DNA from: a virus
Length of the DNA stretch: 64,000 bases
IMG/VR virus record: IMGVR_UViG_3300027859_000890
Span: 1 to 64,000 of that record
Reading direction: 5' to 3' (one strand)
Shown here one piece after another: positions 29,280 to 38,477 of this stretch (position 1 is the stretch's first letter; every line of letters starts with the position of its first letter). Below the pieces are notes generated by a model that saw nothing but the letters and a program-made list of their open reading frames with translations, made no database searches and had not been told where the DNA came from. A program made the position numbers and the translations under genes.

Positions 29280-30122
29280 TTATGCTGCCTGGGCTAAATC
29301 CTTTTGTTTGTCCAATGCAGCAATCATTCTTGTCATACCAATACCACCGCCTACTCTTTCAAAAAAATCAAACTTTAGAAACTCTTCTAGCTCTGCTTCT
29401 ACACGTTCTTTGCCAAATAATTCAAATAGTAAGTTACTGTATCCTCCATCTGTAATTGTATGGAATGTATGACGCATCATATCTATATCACAACTACGTT
29501 CTGCTGAGCCAATAGTTTCCATACCTCCTAGAATAACATCCATTTTCTTTGCAGTTAAGCCGTCATTGTTTCTACTCATATTCCAAAATGGTGATGTAAT
29601 TTCAGGAAAGTTAGTTATTAGAGTGCTGCCAAATTGAGATTCCATATCTAATTCGTGTTGGGCATCAAGTTCTTGACTATACTTTACACCAAAGTGCTCC
29701 TGCCATTCAGTGTAAGTCTTTTCTGTAAGTGCATCAAAACCCAAGTATTCACATAGTTCATACTCCATTGCTTTTAGGTCATCAACGGTGCCAGGAAATT
29801 CAAATTCAAACATAGGAAATATTATATCGTGTCTACCTGGTATTGCATTTGGTTCTTGTCTATAGGAAGTGCTGACACAAAAAAACCCCTTACTATCGGG
29901 GCTACTTAGTAATTCGTGTTCTAGCCACATCTGGCCTGTTTGCGGCAGTGGCCATACTTGGCCTGCATAATTATACGTTGCTACATTGAATGGATCTTCA
30001 CAAGCGGCAAGTATGCTTAATCTATTTTGAGTATGTACTTCTTGGAAACCTTTGTCCAAAAAAAATGACCTTAAAAGGCCAACTGTTTTCGTAAATTTTT
30101 CGGGTGATATTAGTTGCGTCAT
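29280..30122 (-). CDS. class IIb aminoacyl-tRNA synthetase (Asn/Asp type) catalytic-domain-only protein
   Basis: motif 1 LRSFFLDKGFQEV, LPQTGQ, motif 2 SYRQE...RH..FPMFEFE, ETIGSAER, motif 3 GGGIGMTRM; 280 aa, no N-terminal OB-fold; AAGGAG RBS. Confidence 0.8.
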   Translation of the reverse strand: MTQLISPEKFTKTVGLLRSFFLDKGFQEVHTQNRLSILAACEDPFNVATYNYAGQVWPLPQTGQMWLEHELLSSPDSKGFFCVSTSYRQEPNAIPGRHDIIFPMFEFEFPGTVDDLKAMEYELCEYLGFDALTEKTYTEWQEHFGVKYSQELDAQHELDMESQFGSTLITNFPEITSPFWNMSRNNDGLTAKKMDVILGGMETIGSAERSCDIDMMRHTFHTITDGGYSNLLFELFGKERVEAELEEFLKFDFFERVGGGIGMTRMIAALDKQKDLAQAA

Positions 30123-30203
30123 CTTTTTCTCCTTTTTTGACCTAAAAAAAATATGTCCAGAAATTGCTGGATTCAATCTTAAACCAAGTTATTTATCAAA
30201 AGG

Positions 30204-30234
30204 TTGACAAAGTTTTATTTCAATGTTATAAATA
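30204..30234 (+). promoter_or_regulatory. tmRNA promoter: overlapping sigma70 and late (TATAAATA) elements
   Basis: TTGACA-17-TATAAA(TA). Confidence 0.65.
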
Positions 30235-30239
30235 GACTT

Positions 30240-30552
30240 GTTAGCGTTGAAGCAACGTGGACACATACTGGACCTCGGGGCGGTACCGAGCAGCTCCACC
30301 ATAAACATATGAGAGTAGATGCACCTACTTTCCTGTGCATAGGACAAGAGCTCGAAAGGCTACAAGTCGTATGTTTATGATGGGGCTGAACAAGGATCGA
30401 CAGGTGTGAAAGTGAAGTGGAGTTAGCCGGATGACTGCGTTATTGGTCAAATTACACAATTGCAAACGACAATCGTGCGCCAGCAATGGCACTTGCAGCC
30501 TAATTAGGTATGCGGGGTATTGAGTTCCACCTAGCAACAGAACGGGCTCACC
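30240..30552 (+). ncRNA. ssrA: circularly permuted two-piece tmRNA (alphaproteobacterial type)
   Basis: acceptor piece ends ...CTCGGGGCGGTACCGAGCAGCTCCACCA (30301); intervening segment; coding piece starts GGGGCTGAA..GGATCGAC (30382); tag ANDNRAPAMALAA* at 30462-30503; outer ends approximate. Confidence 0.92.
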
Positions 30553-30611
30553 ATAAAATATTGGTTGAAACATTTTTTAGTTAAAGAACAACCATTTTAG
30601 AAAGGAATCAA

Positions 30612-31712
30612 ATGAAACTATTTAAATTAATAGCCGCATCACTAGCAGTGGTGGGGTGCTTCGGTTTGAGCGCATTTGCAGGAGAACCTAAAGATAAAGT
30701 ATCTGTGGGATTTGTCTATGTAGGACCAACAGGTGACCACGGATGGACATACAGACACGATATTGGTCGTAAGCAAGTTGAAGAAGCTTTCGGCGACAGA
30801 GTGGAAACAAGATTTGTAGAGTCAGTTGCTTATGGAGCAGACGCTACTAGAGTTTTTACACAAATGGCTATGCAAGGTGTAGACATTATTTTCGGAACTA
30901 GCTTTGGATATATGGATCCAATGCTGGAAGTCGCGGCAAAGTTTCCAAACACAAAATTTGAACACGCTACAGGTTACAAAACCAATGGCACAAATATGGC
31001 TAACTATGGATTGCGCCTCTACCAAGCAAGACACGTTCAAGGTGTTATTGCTGGATTGATGACAAAAACTAATAAAATTTGTTATGTGGCTGCATACCCA
31101 ATTCCAGAAGTTGTGCGTGAAATCAACACATATTACTTGGGTGCAAAAAGTGTAAATCCAGATGTAGATATTGACATCGTTTGGGTATACACTTGGTATG
31201 ATCCAGGCAAAGAAAAAGATGCCGCTGATGCATTGTTTAATAATGGTTGTGATGTGATTGCACAACACACAGACTCACCTGCTCCATTACAAGCCGCTGA
31301 ACAAAGAGGACTTGTAGGTTTTGGACAGGCAAGTGACCAAATCAAGAATGCACCTAAATCACAGTTGACAGCGACTATTGATAACTGGGGACCATATTAC
31401 ATTGCAAAAGTTGGTGCAGTGTTAGACGGAACTTGGACTACAACTTGTGACGGACCAGATGGTTGTTACTTTGGACATATGAACGATGGATCAGTTGAAA
31501 TGGCTCCGTTTACAAATATGCCAGACGATGTAGCCGCAAAAGCACAAGCAGTCAAGGATGCTATCCGTGACGGTGAATACTTTGCATTTACAGGTCCAAT
31601 CTACGACAACAAAGGTAATCTACAGATTGCTGACGGTGAAATTGCAACCAGAGACCATCTAGATAGTATGATGTACTATGTTGAAGGTATTGACGCAGAG
31701 TTGCCTAACTAA
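30612..31712 (+). CDS. BMP-family ABC transporter substrate-binding protein (purine nucleoside type)
   Basis: signal peptide; GFVYVGP..DHGWTYRH, TSFGYM, IPEVVR, WYDP, QHTDS. Confidence 0.9.
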   Translation: MKLFKLIAASLAVVGCFGLSAFAGEPKDKVSVGFVYVGPTGDHGWTYRHDIGRKQVEEAFGDRVETRFVESVAYGADATRVFTQMAMQGVDIIFGTSFGYMDPMLEVAAKFPNTKFEHATGYKTNGTNMANYGLRLYQARHVQGVIAGLMTKTNKICYVAAYPIPEVVREINTYYLGAKSVNPDVDIDIVWVYTWYDPGKEKDAADALFNNGCDVIAQHTDSPAPLQAAEQRGLVGFGQASDQIKNAPKSQLTATIDNWGPYYIAKVGAVLDGTWTTTCDGPDGCYFGHMNDGSVEMAPFTNMPDDVAAKAQAVKDAIRDGEYFAFTGPIYDNKGNLQIADGEIATRDHLDSMMYYVEGIDAELPN

Positions 31713-32575
31713 TGATACCGGTAATAGATTTACAAGCACAAGACGCTTTAGATCGCATTGACGAAGCCTACACCACTGTGGGCTTCGCTGTGTTTACTAA
31801 TGCATTACCTGGCGTAGATAAAGCTGATATGAGTGCTTGGCAACATCAAATGAGAACATTTTTTGAGTTGCCTATGGAAGTAAAACAAAAGTATCCTTAC
31901 GAAGGAGACACTAATTTAGGTTACAGTATGGTAGGTGATGAAAACGTTGACCCTACTGCACCAAAAGATATAAAGGAATCATTTAATTATAATGACACAA
32001 GGATGCCAGAACACTTGTGGCCAACAGAACTTAAAGGCTTTAAAGGCAGTGCATTAGCAAGCATAAATATTGCTGATAGATTAACATTACGCATTTTGGA
32101 GAAGTTTGATACTATCTTAGATACAGGCACTACATTAGTAGATGCACATAAAGTTCCATTCAACACAACAAGAGTGATACATTATCCAGCATATGATGGA
32201 CCTATGTTAGACAAACAAATGCGTATAGGAGAACATAGTGACTACGGTACTATTACTTTACTTTGGCAAATTAATGATGTCCCCGGACTTCAAGTTCAAG
32301 ACCTTGCTGGCGACTGGCATCCAGTACCCTATGCGGACGACGGCGTTGTTGTTAACATTGGTGACTTACTACAGCGTTGGACTAATGATTATTTTAAAAG
32401 TACTAAACATAGAGTGGTGAACACTCACATACATCAACAGAGATATTCAATGCCACACTTTGTTGATCCTACACCTGGAACAATAGTGAAAAACTTGCGT
32501 AAAGGCGAAGAGGATAAGTATGACCCAATTGAATCCAAAGAATATTTGATGTGGCGACTAGCACAGAGTTATTGA
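31712..32575 (+). CDS. isopenicillin N synthase-family 2OG-Fe(II) oxygenase
   Basis: IPVIDL, GEHSDYGTITLL, NIGDLL..WTND..STKHRV, RYS. Confidence 0.9.
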   Translation: MIPVIDLQAQDALDRIDEAYTTVGFAVFTNALPGVDKADMSAWQHQMRTFFELPMEVKQKYPYEGDTNLGYSMVGDENVDPTAPKDIKESFNYNDTRMPEHLWPTELKGFKGSALASINIADRLTLRILEKFDTILDTGTTLVDAHKVPFNTTRVIHYPAYDGPMLDKQMRIGEHSDYGTITLLWQINDVPGLQVQDLAGDWHPVPYADDGVVVNIGDLLQRWTNDYFKSTKHRVVNTHIHQQRYSMPHFVDPTPGTIVKNLRKGEEDKYDPIESKEYLMWRLAQSY

Positions 32576-32576
32576 T

Positions 32577-33002
32577 ATGACATATAGAACTAATGCAGAT
32601 TTATTTGAAGTAGGAGATTTTATAAGCCACGCAGGGTTACCATTGCCTTGGAAGATTGAGTGTGATGCTATACGACCTGAATGGTGGGATGGACTTGCCC
32701 GTATGGTTATGGATTACCAAACAAGACCATTTTACAAAGCAGTAGGCATTCCACGAGGCGGTATTCCGTTTGCACAAGCAATGAACAAATATGCAAGTGG
32801 TGATCCTAATGATCAAGTTATGATTTGTGACGATGTGTTTACTACAGGTACAAGTATGAAAGAATTCATTGAACAAGAATATCCAGATTGGACAATGGGT
32901 CAAGGATATCGTTGGGTTGTGTTTGCAAGGCAACCTAGCAATGTACATCCATATCACGTAAGAGCATTATTCACTATGCCAACAAAGCCAAGGGAAGAAT
33001 AA
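32577..33002 (+). CDS. type I phosphoribosyltransferase (OPRT-like)
   Basis: F.SHAG..L.WKIECD, GIPRGG, CDDVFTTGTS PRPP loop. Confidence 0.8.
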   Translation: MTYRTNADLFEVGDFISHAGLPLPWKIECDAIRPEWWDGLARMVMDYQTRPFYKAVGIPRGGIPFAQAMNKYASGDPNDQVMICDDVFTTGTSMKEFIEQEYPDWTMGQGYRWVVFARQPSNVHPYHVRALFTMPTKPREE

Positions 33003-33910
33003 TGCAAGTAGAAAGTTTGAACGGTGTAGCAACACAAATTAACAATGTTGATATTACAAATCTAAGTGATAGTGATGCAGATAAAATCAAAAACATTTTA
33101 CGCAAAGATCTTATTGTAGTTTTAAAACATCAAGAAAGATTGCCTTTTTGGTTTGTTAATTTTGTTGAACGTATAGGCACCGTTGCTAACTACAGGCAAA
33201 TGATTTACACAAAAGAAGGGGAGTTTTATATTGGTAAGACTCCTCCAAATACAAATAGCTGGGATAAAGATAAAGAATTATATCCTATACAAAGAACAAC
33301 TGCAAAAAAGAATAAAAAGGGTATATCAACTGGTATATTCAGTTCGGGTATATTAGATTGGCACGCCAACTTAAATGGTTTAGATCGTGCTGATGGTGTA
33401 GCACTACAAGGTTATGAAGGCTGCGAAAACACAAGCACAAGTTATTTGAATACAAATTTAGCCTACAATGACTTAGATGGTGACTTTAAAAAAGAATTAG
33501 AAGGCGTGTATTGTGAATATGAATACACACCAGAAGTATGGGCAAAGGGCTTGCCCGAAACACAATATAAAATGATGAAAAAGGACGGACAAGAAGGTCC
33601 TTATAAAATGTGGCTGCTCCAACAAAATATTGCAGGTGTAAAGGGCATTTATTTTTACACTAATAATAAATGTAAGATTATCACAGAAGATGAAAAACTG
33701 TTCCAACGTTTGTACGATCATATGTTCCAAGACAAATATGTATATCAACATTGGTATGAACCAGGAGATATTGTGTTAATGGATCAACTTTTAACTTTAC
33801 ACAAGCGTGATCAAAATGATCCGGAAATACTTGCACAAAGAGTGCTCCATAGAATTACATTTCGGATAAGTAATTATAATAATTTCATAGCAGACAAAAA
33901 TAAGGTATAG
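33002..33910 (+). CDS. TauD/TfdA-family dioxygenase
   Basis: LDWHAN, HWYEPGDIVLMDQ..TLHKR, RVLHR. Confidence 0.75.
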   Translation: MQVESLNGVATQINNVDITNLSDSDADKIKNILRKDLIVVLKHQERLPFWFVNFVERIGTVANYRQMIYTKEGEFYIGKTPPNTNSWDKDKELYPIQRTTAKKNKKGISTGIFSSGILDWHANLNGLDRADGVALQGYEGCENTSTSYLNTNLAYNDLDGDFKKELEGVYCEYEYTPEVWAKGLPETQYKMMKKDGQEGPYKMWLLQQNIAGVKGIYFYTNNKCKIITEDEKLFQRLYDHMFQDKYVYQHWYEPGDIVLMDQLLTLHKRDQNDPEILAQRVLHRITFRISNYNNFIADKNKV

Positions 33911-33937
33911 TGCTACACTTTAGCGCATCTACAAAAC

Positions 33938-33965
33938 TTGACATACCTACAAAAAAACATATAAT
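33938..33965 (+). promoter_or_regulatory. consensus sigma70 promoter of the cox operon
   Basis: TTGACA-16-TATAAT. Confidence 0.75.
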
Positions 33966-33988
33966 TACTTAATAAGATAAGGAAAACA

Positions 33989-34729
33989 ATGCAAGAACTT
34001 GAAATAGTCGGTGCTCCAAGAAGCGGAGCAATGGGCTTCCAGCCAGCAGCCACTAGCCTAGCGGAAGGCATCTTTGCACTTGATGCAATGCTACTGGTTA
34101 TAATTACAGCAATTAGTATATTTGTTACAGCGTTAATGATATACACATTTATACGCTACAACCGCAAGCGTAATCCAACACCAGCAACGTTTACACATAA
34201 TAGTCCAATAGAAGTAGCGTGGACAATTGTACCTGTGTTTATATTGTTGTTCATAGGTATGCTTACATTACCTGAACTATTTAGGCAACAGATTATACCA
34301 GAAGCAGATGTAAGAATAAAAGTTACAGGCTATAGTTGGTATTGGGGATATGAATACACAGACCACGATTTTGGCTTTGACAGTTATATGCTTGAAAAAG
34401 AACAACTTGCAGAATATGGTTATGACGATGAATACTATTTGTTAGCAACAGATACAGCAGTGGTTGTACCTGTAAACAAAACTGTGGTAATGAATATCAC
34501 AGGAGGCGATGTTATACATAGTTGGAAGATACCTGCGTTTGGAGTAATGCAAGATGCAGTGCCCGGCAGACTAGCACAGTTATGGTTCAAGCCTGAACGT
34601 GAAGGCATTTACTTTGGACAGTGTTCAGAACTATGTGGTAAGAATCACGCATATATGCCTATCACTGTTAAAGTTGTAAGTGAAGTAGAATATAATAAAT
34701 GGCTTGAATGGGCTGCCAATGAATATTAA
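33989..34729 (+). CDS. coxB: aa3-type cytochrome c oxidase subunit II (no signal peptide)
   Basis: HNSPIEVAWT, WYWGYEY, DVIHSW, CuA motif CSELCGKNHAYM. Confidence 0.95.
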   Translation: MQELEIVGAPRSGAMGFQPAATSLAEGIFALDAMLLVIITAISIFVTALMIYTFIRYNRKRNPTPATFTHNSPIEVAWTIVPVFILLFIGMLTLPELFRQQIIPEADVRIKVTGYSWYWGYEYTDHDFGFDSYMLEKEQLAEYGYDDEYYLLATDTAVVVPVNKTVVMNITGGDVIHSWKIPAFGVMQDAVPGRLAQLWFKPEREGIYFGQCSELCGKNHAYMPITVKVVSEVEYNKWLEWAANEY

Positions 34730-35237
34730 ATTAGCATTGAAACTTGTTTTTATTGGAGTAGCAATGGGAGCATTGGCTTTTGCCAGTGTGCCATTTTATG
34801 ATTGGTTTTGTAGAACAACAGGATTTGGCGGAACACCACTTACAGCAGAAAGTGTAGAAGTAGAAGCATTGGATAAAACTATTACAGTTAGATTTGATGC
34901 AAACGTAGATTCAGACTTTCCTTGGTTGTTTTCACCAATGCAAAAGAAAATGGAAGTGCGTATAGGCGAATCAGAAATGGCTTTTTACCAAGTGCATAAT
35001 CCAACAGATGAAACAATGGCAGGCACTGCTACATTTAATGTAGTGCCTATGAGTGCAGGAGCATACTTTGTTAAGACAGAATGTTTTTGCTTTCAGCACC
35101 AAGAACTAGCACCTGGGCAGACAGAAGAAATGCCTGTTAGTTTTTATATAGATCCGGAGATATTAGAAGACAGAGAAACAGATTATCTTCAAACAATTAC
35201 ACTCAGTTACACATTTTATGAAAAGGATACACAATGA
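34719..35237 (+). CDS. ctaG: cytochrome c oxidase Cu chaperone Cox11/CtaG
   Basis: [33 protein letters not shown]. Confidence 0.93.
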   Translation: MNIKLALKLVFIGVAMGALAFASVPFYDWFCRTTGFGGTPLTAESVEVEALDKTITVRFDANVDSDFPWLFSPMQKKMEVRIGESEMAFYQVHNPTDETMAGTATFNVVPMSAGAYFVKTECFCFQHQELAPGQTEEMPVSFYIDPEILEDRETDYLQTITLSYTFYEKDTQ

Positions 35238-36892
35238 CAGACGCAACACACGATGAATATCAGTCAGGATGGTTCACTAGATGGTTTATGAGTACAAACC
35301 ATAAAGATATTGGAATATTGTATTTGATTACTGCTGCCGTTATAGGTTTTATCAGTGTGGCATTGACAGTTTATATGCGTATGGAACTTATGCAACCTGG
35401 TGTACAATTTATGTGCGATGAAGGCGCTAGACTTATTATAGACAGCAGTGAATGTACACCAAACGGACACTTGTGGAATGTTGTAATTACATCACACGGT
35501 ATCCTTATGATGTTTTTTGTGTTGATACCTGCACTGTTTGGAGGCTTTGGTAACTATTTTATGCCGTTGCAAATTGGTGCACCTGATATGGCTTTTCCTA
35601 GAATGAATAATTTAAGTTATTGGTTGTATGTTGCAGGTGTTACACTTGCTATTTGTAGTTTGTTTGTGCCAGGAGGCAGTGGACAAAACGGTGCTGGTGT
35701 AGGTTGGGTAATGTATCCACCGCTAAGTAGCACTGAAGGTGGTATGAGTATGGACCTAGCTATCTTTGCGTTGCACGTATCGGGCGTCAGCAGTATACTT
35801 GGTGCAATCAATATTATTACTACATTTTTGAATATGCGAGCACCTGGAATGACACTACACAAAGTTCCTTTGTTTGCTTGGAGTATATTTGTAACAGGTT
35901 GGTTAATACTGTTGAGTCTACCTGTGCTGGCAGGTGCAATTACAATGTTGCTTACAGATAGAAACTTTGGTACAACATTCTTTGATCCTGCAGGTGGCGG
36001 TGATCCTATATTGTATCAACACATATTTTGGTTCTTTGGACACCCAGAAGTTTACATTATTATTTTACCAGGCTTTGGATTGATATCACATATTGTTGCA
36101 ACGTTTTCACGTAAGCCTATTTTTGGTTACTTGCCAATGGTATATGCAATGGTTGCAATTGGTGCATTAGGTTTTGTTGTATGGGCTCACCATATGTATA
36201 CAGTTGGTTTGTCAGTTACACAACAATCATATTTTATGTTGGCAACAATGGTAATTGCTATACCAACAGGTATAAAAATCTTCAGCTGGGTAGCAACACT
36301 TTGGGGTGGTAGTATAGAATTTAAAACACCAATGCTATGGGCTTTAGGATTTATATTTTTGTTTACAGTAGGAGGCGTAACAGGTATTGTGCTTTCACAA
36401 TCACCAGTTGATAGAGCATATCACGACACTTATTATGTTGTGGCACACTTTCATTACGTTATGTCGCTAGGTGCTGCCTTCTCAGTGTTTGCTGGAATAT
36501 ATTATTATTGGGGTAAAATGACTGGTAGGATGTACAGTGAATGGATGGGCAAGTTACATTTTTGGATGATGTTTATTGGTTCAAACGTAACATTCTTTCC
36601 ACAGCATTTTTTAGGACGCCAAGGTATGCCAAGACGTTATATTGATTATCCAGAAGCATTTGCATTGTGGAACTATGTAAGCAGTTTGGGTGCGTTCTTA
36701 GCATTTGCAAGTTTCATATTGTTCTTTTGGATAATGGCACATAGTTTCTTTTTTGGCAGACGTATTACAGAAACTAATTATTGGAACGAGTATGCAGATA
36801 CATTAGAATGGACACTACCTTGCCCACCACCAGAACACACTTTTGAAATATTGCCAAAAAGAGAGGATTGGGACAAAAGTGCTACACATTAA
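35234..36892 (+). CDS. coxA: aa3-type (A1) cytochrome c oxidase subunit I
   Basis: [60 protein letters not shown]. Confidence 0.98.
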   Translation: MTDATHDEYQSGWFTRWFMSTNHKDIGILYLITAAVIGFISVALTVYMRMELMQPGVQFMCDEGARLIIDSSECTPNGHLWNVVITSHGILMMFFVLIPALFGGFGNYFMPLQIGAPDMAFPRMNNLSYWLYVAGVTLAICSLFVPGGSGQNGAGVGWVMYPPLSSTEGGMSMDLAIFALHVSGVSSILGAINIITTFLNMRAPGMTLHKVPLFAWSIFVTGWLILLSLPVLAGAITMLLTDRNFGTTFFDPAGGGDPILYQHIFWFFGHPEVYIIILPGFGLISHIVATFSRKPIFGYLPMVYAMVAIGALGFVVWAHHMYTVGLSVTQQSYFMLATMVIAIPTGIKIFSWVATLWGGSIEFKTPMLWALGFIFLFTVGGVTGIVLSQSPVDRAYHDTYYVVAHFHYVMSLGAAFSVFAGIYYYWGKMTGRMYSEWMGKLHFWMMFIGSNVTFFPQHFLGRQGMPRRYIDYPEAFALWNYVSSLGAFLAFASFILFFWIMAHSFFFGRRITETNYWNEYADTLEWTLPCPPPEHTFEILPKREDWDKSATH

Positions 36893-36906
36893 CGCAGGCA
36901 ATAAGG

Positions 36907-36935
36907 TTGACTTTTACTTAAAAATTTGCTATATA
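36907..36935 (+). promoter_or_regulatory. sigma70-type promoter
   Basis: TTGACT-17-TATATA with TG extension. Confidence 0.55.
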
Positions 36936-36967
36936 TAATATAAGAATAACACACACACGGAGTTAGT

Positions 36968-37396
36968 ATGAATCAAAAACCAAACCCAATTGGTTGGGCA
37001 AACACCATCTCTTCAATACAAAACGAATTTAAATCTATGTGGTCAATAATAATGACCATCGAAAACTCGCCACTGAAGAAACTTGATCCTAGAGTAGCTC
37101 ATATGTTGTTTCTAATTTTGGCTTTTATGTGGAGCGGAATCTTTGCAGTAATGATTGGCAGTGTAACTGCTTTTGGTATTAGTGCAATAGCACACATTAT
37201 CTTAGTTTCAGGAACAGCAATTACTATTATGGTATTTAATGAAGCAGACAAAAGACCAGACAGTCTAAATAAAACTGTTGAATCTTTTAAACTAGTAAGT
37301 GGCTATCATAGCTTTCCGCGAGCCAGGCAGAATTTGTGGGTAAACGGACAAAAAGTACAATTAGATGATAAAGATCCAGGAGGCGAACACGAATGA
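36968..37396 (+). CDS. membrane protein
   Basis: two TM segments with His residues; GGAG RBS. Confidence 0.65.
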   Translation: MNQKPNPIGWANTISSIQNEFKSMWSIIMTIENSPLKKLDPRVAHMLFLILAFMWSGIFAVMIGSVTAFGISAIAHIILVSGTAITIMVFNEADKRPDSLNKTVESFKLVSGYHSFPRARQNLWVNGQKVQLDDKDPGGEHE

Positions 37397-37584
37397 CTTA
37401 TAATTTTTTTAACAAGAACAATGGTGACGCTTTTTCTATGCAGTTTGATAATGAGCATAAGAAAGATGTGTACGTAAGTAGTAACCCCAATTTGGTTTGT
37501 TTAGGCGAGCAAGAATTTACCTTGCCTACTCGTCACGTAAGAATGCAAAACAAAGAAGAGGAGTTTGCCGGATGGGGAAGCTAA
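37393..37584 (+). CDS. hypothetical protein
   Basis: ATGA overlap. Confidence 0.55.
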   Translation: MTYNFFNKNNGDAFSMQFDNEHKKDVYVSSNPNLVCLGEQEFTLPTRHVRMQNKEEEFAGWGS

Positions 37585-37642
37585 TTAGAAAAATTAAAGT
37601 TGAATTTCCTTGGACAAAAAATTTACCTGAGGTTACTGGTAG

Positions 37643-37858
37643 GTGACTGATCCAAGAGTAGAAGCCCAAGCAGAAGCTGAACGTACATTTGATCAGTTTA
37701 TGGTTTGGACAAAAAGGGTTGTAATATATAGTATAATATTTTTAATGATTGTGCTATTTGGTTGCAACAATGGTGTAGAAGTAGGCCCTAATGCTACAGG
37801 GTCAAAATATAATGGAGAACAATATGCTCCGTCTAATATTAATGTTAAGGATTATTAA
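37643..37858 (+). CDS. possible aa3 oxidase subunit IV (CtaH-like)
   Basis: ERTFDQFMVWTKRVVIYSIIFL single-TM pattern resembles the bacterial COX IV E.TF..F motif; near the cox genes. Confidence 0.45.
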   Translation: MTDPRVEAQAEAERTFDQFMVWTKRVVIYSIIFLMIVLFGCNNGVEVGPNATGSKYNGEQYAPSNINVKDY

Positions 37859-38271
37859 TGAGTAGACTAAAAAATATTGTAAATCGTATACCAGAATTTT
37901 GTATGAGTCACTGGTTAATAAGAATACCTCTTGCTATTGTATTCTTACAACAAGGTTTTAGTAAACTTCCTGTTACTATAGAAGGAGCAGAGTCTTTTGA
38001 CTTGCCTTATATTGTTTGGTGGTTTGCGGCATATGGTGAAATTGGTGCAGGTATAGGTTTACTAGTTGGTGGTTTAGTTTTTTATAAAGCAATAGCTGAA
38101 CTGCAAGATATTATCACAAGATTTTCAGGTATTACTATTTGTAGTATTATGACAGGAGTAATATGGATAGGAGAGCCAGAAAGTCTTTGGGACGTTATTT
38201 GGTACGATAACTTACACGTATTTTTATGGGTAGGAGGTTTGTTCTTTGCTTTGCGAGGCAATAGAACTTGA
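37858..38271 (+). CDS. DoxX-family membrane protein
   Basis: LIRIPLAIVFLQQG..K, GEIGAGIGLL. Confidence 0.75.
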   Translation: MSRLKNIVNRIPEFCMSHWLIRIPLAIVFLQQGFSKLPVTIEGAESFDLPYIVWWFAAYGEIGAGIGLLVGGLVFYKAIAELQDIITRFSGITICSIMTGVIWIGEPESLWDVIWYDNLHVFLWVGGLFFALRGNRT

Positions 38272-38477
38272 GCGGACAAAGACGTATGCTCAAATGGTGG
38301 GCAAGAACAGTTGGTATGCCTATTGGTATCACCGACGATGATAAACCAGAGTTCTTGCCTATATCACAAACAGATGTCAAACGTGCTTTATGGGCAAGGA
38401 CATTTTGGATTGTGTTACATATATTAACTTGTTGCTTCATTATAGCAGGCAACGGAAAAACACTAGGAGTTTGGTAG
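38268..38477 (+). CDS. small membrane protein
   Basis: TTGA overlap; C-terminal TM. Confidence 0.6.
   Translation: MSGQRRMLKWWARTVGMPIGITDDDKPEFLPISQTDVKRALWARTFWIVLHILTCCFIIAGNGKTLGVW

Noticed and set aside
29154-29472. N-terminal extension of the NifU ORF to 29225 and plus-strand ORFs 29215-29472 and 29246-29455
   Set aside because: They overlap the tRNA and synthetase genes; NifU similarity begins at MERTKEE (29153).
30325-30573. 82-aa minus-strand ORF
   Set aside because: Antisense shadow of the tmRNA gene.
33989-36892. Window being a bacterial chromosome or mitochondrial fragment because of cox, hemA and gap
   Set aside because: These genes are interspersed with phage-type genes and T4-like late promoters, lack their usual operon partners and share the surrounding codon style; a chimeric assembly still needs a read-level check.
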